Shown in pieces: positions 54,001 to 64,000 of a stretch of DNA of 64,000 bases. Within the stretch, counting starts at the first letter, position 1. Every line of letters starts with the position of its first letter. The notes beneath the pieces are model-generated. The model was not told the origin of the DNA. It saw only the letters and a program-made list of their open reading frames with translations, and did not search any database. The translations under genes and the position numbers were made by a program. Source of the DNA: Geosiphon pyriformis uo1 (Eukaryota > Fungi > Glomeromycota); contig JAAOMT010000176.1 of assembly GCA_016748015.1 (NCBI GenBank), forward strand, positions 496,617 through 560,616, in the 5' to 3' direction.

Positions 54001-54224
54001 GGTAGGTTGGTGTTTTGAATTAATTCCCTATAAAAAGTTTCCCTTGCTGATTCAGTATTCACTGGTGTTTCTAACAAAGAGAAAATTTTTTCATTGACGT
54101 AGAAATTGAAAGCTGATTCGGCAGATATATAATTGTGGTTTAATCTCAAGTATTGACAATAGTGTTGAAATAAGGATTTTGTGAATCCTAAATGGTTTGC
54201 TCCTATATTTTCTGATTCTGCCAC
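48002..54224 (-). pseudogene. Gag-protease-Cys-rich-dUTPase-RT-RNase H polyprotein, family B copy 2
   Basis: LILNSGSAG; CIDCGKK; dUTPase DAEFDL/RSSLAKK/GGIIDMGY/IAQAIF/RGIQGFG (~49835-50255); RT MPFGLTNA; RNase H ends LLQIRQI*. Confidence 0.9.
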
Positions 54225-54286
54225 TTTTGGATGGTGTTTGTTGGTGTGGGTTCTCTGTAGAATTATACCTTACAGGGAGCACCAAA

Positions 54287-55140
54287 TGTTACAGATGACT
54301 ATTTGGGGTCTTGAGTTAAATAACACACTCATAACTTGGTGCTTAAAAGCTATTTCTGTTGATAATGTTCTGAAAGTATTGTATCTGAAGGTGTTGATGG
54401 AGTTCTTTGTATAATGAACAGAGATTTAATAGTGATAGTATTCACATGTTCAATGGTTTCCCAATTTCTTTTTCAGCTTGGTGGCCAGATTTATTCTGGC
54501 AGTCATGCCTTTCTGGTAAGCTAACCGATAATATATATAAATTTACTCTTATTTCTGGGTTTTTTACCAGGCTATTCGTAACATCAATAACTTAGTGCTT
54601 TTAATTCTCAATTAATTAGTATGTACCACAAAATCAAAGAAAGATAAAAGAGAAAATAAGAAAATAAGCCAAGGCAATTTGCAAGTTAATATCTCATCAA
54701 TAGCCATGATCAAGAGTTATTGTTCCAATATGATTAAGTATCAGTTATTATCAACATGAAGTGTTGATAGTGAAAAATGAATTTGATATAGTGAATAATT
54801 ATTTATTTTTTAGGATTGTGGTAACTAAGCTAAGAATTTTTCTTGTCGATTCTGTCTTTTCTGCTTCTAACACTACTGCTATATATATATATTTGAGATT
54901 CCTTAATTCTTCAATTTCTTGCGACAGGAATCCTAGAATTCCTGGAATCCTGCGATTTCTGATGAGAGAAATCCTGGAATTCTGGAATCCTGTGATTCTT
55001 TGTCGGAGAATTCTAAAATTCCTGAAATCCTGCAATTCCTCTAAAAGGAATCTTGGAATTCCATATTTATTATGTCTACATCTGATTGGCTAATATCTAC
55101 TGGCTAATAATACTATATTTCCTATATTCTATGAGTAACA
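54287..55140 (-). repeat. 5' LTR, family B copy 2 (854 bp)
   Basis: TGTTAC...GTAACA termini. Confidence 0.95.
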
Positions 55141-55528
55141 ATGACATGAGAGTAAACCAGTCTCTTTTCCAAGGTGGCACCTGCATATAAGCCCAAAACC
55201 ATCAATGAAAACTTGTTTTTAAAAAGCAATTTTACAGAAATGAGTTGGCCAGGCATCTCAAAAACTTTGCACATGTGCTTTGCTAGAGAAGCATTCATAA
55301 TTATGGTAATGTCTGTATCCAAATAACTAAACTCTAAACCAGAGGTGAACACTCGAATACCATCAAACTTATTCATAATCCAAAGACAAATTTTGCCTTT
55401 CAACTTTGTTTCAGTAACCACAGAAATCATGTTGTCCTTATTTTTGTGCCATCGAACAATGTCTTCCTGTTTGGCAGGATTGTTCATGTCTCTGACATTA
55501 CATGTAGCCACTTTCCATACCAAACTAC

Positions 55529-57415
55529 TTATTGAGAAAGAAGGAAAGCCAAAGAATCTGCACCAGAACATAGACAATTCAACCTTTCCAAAACTGAACC
55601 GATTAAGACCTCAAAAGCTACCATTTTCAATTCCAATTTGCCCATTTTAGAGATTAAAACTTTGGAAAAACTTGAGCTAGAATTATGGACTACATCATCA
55701 ACAGCTGAGAGAGGGGGAGTGGAAGCCAACATCTTATCATTCAAAACCATATCCACATTCAAATGTGGCACCAAAGAGGTGGGAGTGGCTGGAAGAAGAA
55801 TGCTAAAAGAGGTTGCCATCAGTATCAGTTCCATGCCACTTAACTTTTTTAATATACCAGACACCTGATTCATTAAAAGCTCCAAGAAGCATTTCAAAGT
55901 GTCCAATCGAGCATTCAAAAAAGAGTTGTTGGCTGAAACAAAAGGAGAACTACTGTTTGAATCTGAGACATCAGAAAGAGGGAAGCCAAAACTGTAACCA
56001 GAACTGAAACAAGGACCACCAGAAGGACTAGTGAGTGTAACCACCTAGGCTCAAGATTTGCCACCAAAGGCAGCAAGGTGAGATATCGAAACACTTTTTT
56101 TTTCATACAACTTTGCCAACTGAAGATGATGTCCATCAGATGCAAACCTTTTAAATGTTCTTGAGAGCTTAGATGGGAATGCAACAGATCCATCACACTT
56201 TAGAGCAGAATGACCAAATTTTTCACATTTTTTACACCAAACCAGATCTATCTTTGCCCAAGAAAGTTTAACACCACCAAGAATTGGCTCTGTGCAAAAG
56301 GCAAATTCCAGATCATTGTCAAATTTAAAACTGACTACAGCACAATGAATCTTATTACCAGTTTCCAGAGATCTGTTTATGACACAAGTTTTCTTACCAG
56401 CTCTAACCAGAAAAGTTTTAAGATTATGTGTCATCATTCTCACCAGCAAAGTAAACAAAAGTGCTCTAAACCGATTCCTTAATGCTCAAGTTTTATGATC
56501 CTCCACCACTTTGGCTATGCATACAGAATTCTTACCAATCAGGAATAACCACTTAGAGGCTAATAAATTAGCTTGGTTTAGCTTAGCAAATTCCATCACT
56601 GTTTTTTGCCACATTTCAATTAGTTGAATTTTGATCAACTTAATTTCTCCAAATTCGGATACTGTGGTGATGATCATATCTTTAGGCATATTCATAAGAA
56701 TTTTCTTAATCACCACAGTCTAATCTGACCTCATTCCTTGTCTCTTAAGATTTTTGTTTACATCAATCACTTTTTCTCTGGCCAATGATGTGGCCATTTC
56801 TATGCTGCTTTCTGAAATGAAGATAGATCTGATGATCTCTTCAAATTTTGAAAGGGTAGTAGCCCTCCCAAAACCATTGACCATTGAGAAAATTTTCCTA
56901 ATGAACTAAGTCTTTGCTGTAGCAGATTTGCTTTTTATCACCAAAAGATTGATATCCAAAGCAAATAATTTTTTGACTGACACTTCTACAGGAGTTTTGA
57001 TGACCTTTGGGTCAATTCATTTCTTTTCAAGAGAAATAGACAAGCAAGGAGGGAGCACAACTTTATCATCATCTATATGAAAGTTAGAAGAACTGAATGG
57101 AGAACCAAAAACAGCACCAGTACTGACTTGCTTTGCCTTGGGTGTAGTAGCAGCTGAGCCCAAAAGAAACCCACCATCCATATCAGACATGCTAACATTT
57201 TCATCCTCACCAGAAAGACTTTCCACATCAGAATAAACATTATTACTAGATCCAGATCTGCTTAAGGATATATCTCTTTTATCACTAGAGTGTTTGACAT
57301 TACCAAGAACAACTTTCTTCTTTTGAAAAAAGAAACCACCAACAGAATCATGAAAAGCACTTTTAGAAGTCTTCTTTTTAAATGTGGTGCTACTAAGAGT
57401 AGTTTCTATATCCAT
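55529..57415 (-). pseudogene. LINE-3 ORF1
   Basis: Fragments homologous to 23995-25850; CKKCEKFGHSALKC knuckle. Confidence 0.87.
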
Positions 57416-57756
57416 GAAAAATGGGCTATTATTAGGTAAAGAAATATTGATATAGACTAAAAAACAAAAAAAACTTCTTTTTACAGAAAATGTGCTTTTT
57501 AAGAATTTTTGGAGATAAGAAAGAAAGAAGTTTTTCTTTTTTAACTTTTAAATAACCAAGTCTTTTTGATAAAATAATTATATTATATATCATGTGATTA
57601 ATTATACAAAAAAGCTTAATATTGTTTTTAATAATTATTTTTAAAATTAATAAAATTATGTAAAAATTAAAACACAATTATAATATAAATCTATTTAATT
57701 TTAAAAGTTTTTACTTATTTAAAAAAGTAATATAGACTCTTTGTCTTCTTAATTTT

Positions 57757-59964
57757 ATGACCACAATCAGAACAAAGAATAAAAAAGCTATATCTAATAT
57801 TTTTTCTGAGATATCTAATAAAATTTCAACCAGAAAAGCTCTCTCTATTATAGAAGCAATCAGACAAAATGTTTTAAAAGTCTTCTCTTTATTTAGTAAT
57901 TGTAAAAAGCTGTCTTTAATAACTACTGAAGCAACTTTCTCTTCTTTGGCTGGTTTTTTACCAGTCAAAATTCTTTTAAAGAAACACACTTGGATTAATT
58001 TCAGTATTATCTCTACTTCAACTAAGAGCCCAAAAGTTTTTAATAATAGACCAGTAAACAAGTTGGTCTTTTTTTCTATAGCTTTAATACTTAGTGCTAT
58101 TAACATCATCTCTTCAAAAAAAATGGTTAAAAAGACCAAAAGTTCAGAAAAGTAAGAGCAGTTGCTTGCTTCTGCTATTGTTATACTGAATCTTTTTGTG
58201 GTTTCCAATAAAATTTTGGGTGAGATCTTCATAGCATCATTCAGCACATTATCTAAGATAGATTAAAATCAACTACTAACTGTATTGTCAAATGTGGTAT
58301 TACTTGTTTTTAAAAACTGAACTGACCAAATAGAAACTGAATTATTTTTTCCTTTGGTTTCTGGTACTGCTACTGTTGGTGCTTGGAAAACTATTACTAG
58401 TTATTAAAGATTTGCTGGATTAATGGCCTCTACTTTAGTGTTTGATGCTATTTTTAAGATCAAATTGGCTTATGTTAAAACTGTTTTTCAGTATGTATAT
58501 GGTTTTTTGGATATGAAATTAATTGTAAAAAACAATATAAAGCTTTTTTGTGTAGAGTTTGCTTCTTAAAACTCTTTAGATGCTGTATTTTTAGTCAAGT
58601 TTACAAGTTTTGTTTATCTTGTTACTCTTAAAATTACCAAGTTTTTAGTGGTTTCTGAGTCTGGCTCCCTTTTTGCTGCTGTAGTATTGCATGATGTGTC
58701 TTTAGATGTGTCTGTTATTGATATTAAGACAGCTTTCAGTGTTTTTGGTATGATTACTTGTGTTGTGCTGAAGTCTGTTGGTATTTGGCAATATGTAGTG
58801 GTTTATTTTGAGAAGTTAGATTTTGCTGTGTCTGTTTTAAATTATTGGTTAATTTTGATGGACAAGAATAGTGTTAGAATTCTTCTCTTGGTAAATCAAA
58901 ATAAGACTATTCTGTTTTATAATAGATTTAAGACCAAATTAGTCAACCTTTCTTCTGACTGTACTGCTTTTGAAATTAGTAATTTGATTTTTCAAGTTAA
59001 TAATCAAACATGTTTTATTTTTTGCTTTCCTAATTCTGGTTATTGTTCCCAGTTTGCTCTGATTATGTTTAATTTTCAGATAGATCTGAATGTTACTGTA
59101 CTTAAGACTGGTATACTAAGAAAATATTGTATCTGGTAGAAAACTTCTGAAAATTGGTGCTGTTTTTGGTGCCAAGATTTGGATCATCTGGTTTCAGATT
59201 GTAAAATGTTTTCATTTCTTTCTTTTAGAATCTCTAAATTTTTTATTTTTTATATTATTGGTAACAAGTTTTATGCCAATACTACTGCTTTTGTGCCTTC
59301 TGTAATCTCTTGTCTTTCTGGTAGTTTGGTTTTACTTGCTGATATATTTGCTTATAATTCTGTGGTTTTTTTTTGGTTGTCTTTTATAGAGTTTGAGTTA
59401 ATCAAGCTTTCCAATTTGGTCAACTCTATTGTTAAGTTTATTGGTTCTATGGTCAAATTATTTGAACAATTTGTTAATAAAGATTTAGTTTTAAGTAGTG
59501 CTCTTGGTCTTAGGGTCAATAAAGTTTTAGTACATATAAGTATCTTTAGCAAAGCTATTAGTAAGCTGGAACAAGAGATAGTTGCTTTGAAAACTAAGTA
59601 TGGTTATAAAAACATTAATATGTCTGGTCCTCATATAAGTTTGTTTTCTGTTGATAATAATATGTTTTCTAACTTAATGTTATTTTGGAAACATGAATCT
59701 GCTGTTGTAAAAACTGATGCCTTTAAAATGACTAAGTAGCTGGTTGAATTAGTTAGTAATAGTGCTATATTGTTTGAAATTGTTCAAAAAATGTCTTCTT
59801 TAGATAAGTTTTCTTCTAAGACTTCAGCATAGTGTGTTTTTGATTGGTCTGAGTAACTAATTATGTGTAGAAAACACATGATTAGCACCTAGTTTAGATT
59901 ATTTAGTTTAATGTATTGTATTAGATGGCTTTTGGATTGTACTCATTAAACAATAAAAAAAAAA
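57757..59964 (+). mobile_element. ORF1-only non-autonomous LINE derivative (HAL1-like), decayed
   Basis: Single frame 57757-59832 (~690 codons, point stops) homologous to LINE ORF1 (GIWQYVVVYFEK..W..L..K.SVRI; CFWCQDLDHLVSDC). Followed directly by the LINE-type 3' UTR and poly(A); no ORF2. Confidence 0.8.
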
Positions 59965-60524
59965 TTTAATAATTATTAATTATTTTTTAAAATAAAAAAG
60001 AAAAAAACTTTAGTTTTTATTTTATTAATTTAATTTTTAAGATTAAATGGCCTAATAAATTAATTGGTTAACGTTGTATATAGAAAAGTTATTGTTTTGC
60101 TTCTAAAACTAGTAAAAATTAACTAAAATTTAATGTATTAAGCATAGTTATGTATTAATTCAAACCAATTTTGACAAATATGTTGCTATCATTTAAAAGA
60201 GAAAAAAAACTGTTGTTTACAGTCAAATTAAGATTGAATACTATAATTGGTGTAAATACTAAAAAACTGAAAAAAGCCAATACTTTATTTTTTACAAATC
60301 TTAAGTCAAAGATTATCATATATTGTTTAAAAATATTTCGTACGACAGACGGATCCGTGATTTCTTGGGTCAGGTGACCTCGTTGTTAAATTGTAAATAA
60401 ATATTGTTAGCAAACTACGTCAACCAAGATATAACCTTTTGGTTCTTAGAGCCGGGGAATTTGAAGCTATAGACGTTGTCGCAGGTGTTAAATTTTCTTC
60501 AAACCTTGCTTAAGCATTGTAACC

Positions 60525-63500
60525 ATGGCAAATATCACTCATAGTCCACCAAGAATCGACAAAAGCCTTTATGAACGCGCCTCAACGTTCGCGTTGCTGG
60601 AACCACTTCGCCAGAAATTAGTCAATGATCTCTCACAAATACACGCCGAGATTGCTGCTGTGTCTTCAAGGGAACTCTCTTCATTCCTCGGGGATTTTTT
60701 AGAATTTCAACAAGTGGTGTTAGGAATTGATCCTTCACATACATCTCTGCCGCGTCCTGTTAAGATCCCTCCAAAACTTTTCAAACTAGATCCCGCACCT
60801 TCCCCGTCTTCTGCTGTTTACTATATCCTTTTTGCTGCTTACCAGTATCGAGGGCAGAATGGCTGGAGGAGTTGGGACTGGACAAGAACGGATAAAATGG
60901 TAGAATTGGTGAGCTACGTCCGAAGAGAACTTATTCAAAGAAATATTATAAAAAATCCAGTAATATCGTTTGAGGAAAGTGTCAATGTGAACACAAGGCA
61001 GGAGCTAAGGCAGATTGTGATTAGCCTAGGCGGTAAATTTTCAATTTCTGTCTTAGAAATTTATGGCTACTGATTGATATACATTTTGATTCAATGATCA
61101 TTTCCTAATTAGGTTGAGGTTTAATTTTATTCCTTAAGGTCAATTAGCTGATAATAAGAATTCCCCAACTCATATAATAAATGGAACAAATGATGGGATC
61201 GACGATACCGAATTAGACTATTTTCGCACCCTTGAAAAGAAAAACGGAAAGGTTTTCATCCATTGGTGGTATTATCCAGACTCTTATGATACATGGGTAC
61301 AAGAAGCACCCGAACATGCTGATCCTGAGCCCGCCCCTGAGCATAATGGCCATTGGAATGTGGGAGTCCGTTGGCTGAGAGATAGCCTAAAGTTTAATGA
61401 ATGGATGAATGAAGAAGATTATGAGATAAGTGAGGAGCGGAGACTATCCGCTGAAGAAGATCAATCCTTTTTAAGGGAAATGGAATCATCAGCAATGAAT
61501 AAGCGAAACTTAGATTATTCAAACTCGCCTTTAAACATGGATATTGATACGCAAAACAATACAGCGAAAAGGTTAAGAACTGAAACCCCAGATCCCGACC
61601 CAGATCCAGTCCCAGAACATCACAGATTGTCTGTAGTCAACATTGAAAGTCAGTTATCCCGACCTGGAGCTCGCAACAAGAAAAATGAGTTTGAGCCTTT
61701 ATCTAATACCGACATTGTAAATATATCGGAAGCATATCCACCAATTTTAAATAAGCTTGAAGAAACTAAATCGACAAGCAAAGAGCAGACTGCGTTCTCC
61801 AATGCTCCCATAGAAATGGACAGTCTTGCTACTGATTTGAGCGAAATTCATATTCCCGCGGAAAATCGAAGTAAGCTTAAGAACGAGAGTGCTTAATATC
61901 AAGTTTTTTGTTAATTTTCAACATGAATTCTCCATATTATTAGACAATATGGATATTGATACGTCTTACCAGGATCAAAAAGAAATTGTTGATGAGATGA
62001 CCGAGGAAACTCCACATGCCCCAAAAGATGAAGATGAACCTGAGCATAAGGAGAGCCCAGGGGAGCCTAGAGCCTCTGAAGAGCCCAGCAACGATAATGT
62101 AATATCCGAAAATATTAACAATGTAGACACTGAAGCTATCGCTGCTCATGCTGAAGAAGAAAAGAAACGGATTGAGGAAGAGGCTCGAAAATACTTATCA
62201 GCGCAAACTCAGGAAGTTATCATTCCATCATATGCCGCCTGGTTTGATATGGCAAAGATACACGAAATCGAAAAAAAAGCTTTACCCGAATTTTTTAACA
62301 ACAAAAATAAATCCAAGACTCCCAGTATTTACAAAGATTATCGAGATTTTATTCTTAATACATACCGGCTTAACCCCTCTGAGTATCTCACAGTAACAGC
62401 ATGCAGAAGAAATCTTGCTGGAGATGTTTGTGCAATAATTCGTGTCCATGCATTTCTTGAACAATGGGGATTAATAAATTATCAAGTATGTTCAATGTTT
62501 CCTTTTAATTTATTGGTAGAATTTGGGCTGACATCATCTGGTACTACCATAGGTTGATCCAGAAACCCGGCCTTCTACTATTGGACCACCATTCACGGGG
62601 CATTATCGAATCACAGCTGACACCCCCAGAGGGCTCCAACCCTTTCAACCCAGTGCAGCTCCTCCAACAACCTTAAATTCTCAAGCACTGCAAGTTTCCG
62701 CGTCTACTAGTGCTGCTACTACAACATCAGCTAAGGTGGAATTAAATCTTGGATTGCGGCAGTACATCTACCAATCAGATGCCAAGTCTACACCTCAAGA
62801 AATTTCCCAAGAGAATGGAAATAACTCGGTTGATAATTCATTATCAGGCTCCAAAAGACCTTACAATTGTTTTACTTGTGGGGCTGATTGTACACGTGCT
62901 AGATATCATAATGTTAAGACTAAAAATTTTGAATTATGCCCAAACTGTTACCTGGATGGTCGATTTCCCTCAACAATGTACAGTGGGGATTTTGTAAAAA
63001 TGTGCGAAACGCCTTTTAATCACGCTCAGGACAATGACTGGACTGATGAAGAGGTCCTTAGACTTCTGGAAGCTTTAGAAATGTTTGATGAGGATTGGAA
63101 TCAAATTGCAGATCATGTTGGAACTCGAACAAGAGAGCAATGCATTTTGCATTTTATGCAACTTCCAATCGAAGATCCATATTTAGGAACACCAATATCA
63201 AATTTAGGGCCCTTGCAATATCATAGACTTCCTTTCAGCCAAGCTGATAATCCAATAATGTCAGTTGTAGCTTTCTTGGCATCTGTCGTGAATCCGGGTG
63301 TAGCCGCAGCTGTTGCAAAATCTTCACTACAGGAAATGTCCATGCTAAAAAAAAATCGAGATGTTATTAAGGACAAGAATGGAGTTAATGGTGCTAAGAT
63401 AGGTGATAATTTATCAACAAATGACCCCAATACCCCAACAGTTGAAGTCAAGCAGGAGGATACGATGGATACGGAAGTAACTAATCAATCTAGCTCAACA

Positions 63501-63971
63501 GATCAAGGCACATTATCTCCACGCTCTGTGATGGAGAAGGCAGGTGCTGCTGCTTTAGGGGCTGCTGCTGCTAAAGCCAAAGCGCTCGCAGATTATGAAG
63601 AAAGAGAGATCCAAAGGCTTGTGAACACAGTAATTGAGTCACAGTTGAAGAAACTTGAACTTAAGCTTCAACAATTTGAAGAAATGGAAAGCATATTGGA
63701 AGTCGAAAAGCGTGAGCTGGAGAATCAACGTAATCAGCTGTACATTGAACGTTTAACGTTGAAAAAAAATCTTCTGTTGGTTCAAGAACAATTAAAAACA
63801 GCTCAGGCAACTGGGACAATTAACGTACCAGTCACTGGTTATAGCTATGCAAATGCCAGTAATACTATGATTTTATCTGCTTCGGAATATCATGAGGAAC
63901 AGGACCAAAATTATCCTGAAATTCCGCTTAGTCAAGAAGCACCAGAAAATATCGTAATGAATAGCTTTTAA
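60525..63971 (+). CDS. SWI3: SWI/SNF-RSC core subunit, SWI3/RSC8/SMARCC family; exons 60525-61032, 61139-61870, 61944-62485, 62553-63971 (~1066 aa)
   Basis: GT-AG introns keep frame. SWIRM (IIPSYAAWF...[15 protein letters not shown]), ZZ finger (CFTCGADC...CPNC), SANT ([14 protein letters not shown]), [18 protein letters not shown]-terminal leucine zipper, N-terminal [20 protein letters not shown]. Confidence 0.95.
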
Positions 63972-64000
63972 TGATATTTTAGGTTTTTTTTCTAATGACG

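Larger units (their letters stand above)
45005..55140 (-). mobile_element. Full-length Ty3/gypsy LTR retrotransposon, family B copy 2 (different subfamily, 10.1 kb)
   Basis: 854-bp LTRs 45005-45858 and 54287-55140; perfect TSD ATGA; PBS TGGTGCTCCCTGTAAGG at 54268-54284. Confidence 0.97.
30873..57430 (-). mobile_element. Full-length LINE (LINE-3 here, ~6.7 kb after excision), interrupted by two gypsy insertions
   Basis: Poly(T) 30873-30883. ORF2 pieces 31005-33004, 42711-45004 and 55145-55532 rejoin in frame (TQFSF|VNRSTCEK; VYSH|VINSM). ORF1 55529-57415. Confidence 0.92.

Noticed and set aside
57432-58247. Minus-strand ORFs 57432-57677 and 57711-58247, and other short shadow ORFs
   Set aside because: Antisense to decayed TE coding sequence or AT-rich low-complexity DNA, with no motifs.

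Overview
Eukaryotic, AT-rich, transposon-dense DNA, most likely from an early-diverging fungus (Glomeromycota/Mucoromycota-like; this is inference from the intron style, the SWI3 architecture and the repeat families). About 60 kb is a nest of decayed retroelements. There are four Ty3/gypsy LTR retrotransposons of two related families: family A at 1-7684 (+) and 33005-42706 (-), and family B at 7884-18192 (+) and 45005-55140 (-). Each is inserted into ORF2 of a non-LTR (LINE) element, with 4-bp TSDs where both flanks are visible. The window also holds three LINEs of APE-RT-RNase H-CCHC type, an ORF1-only LINE derivative, and hypermutated AT-rich relics. The LTR elements share an unusual layout: one long Gag-protease-Cys-rich-dUTPase-RT-RNase H frame ending in a conserved stop, then a separately encoded integrase, then a third conserved ~210-220 aa ORF of unknown function ending at the PPT. 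The only host gene is a 4-exon SWI3/RSC8/SMARCC-family SWI/SNF subunit (60525-63971). A Nextera/Tn5 adapter is assembled into one element (artefact). All alignments were done by eye.
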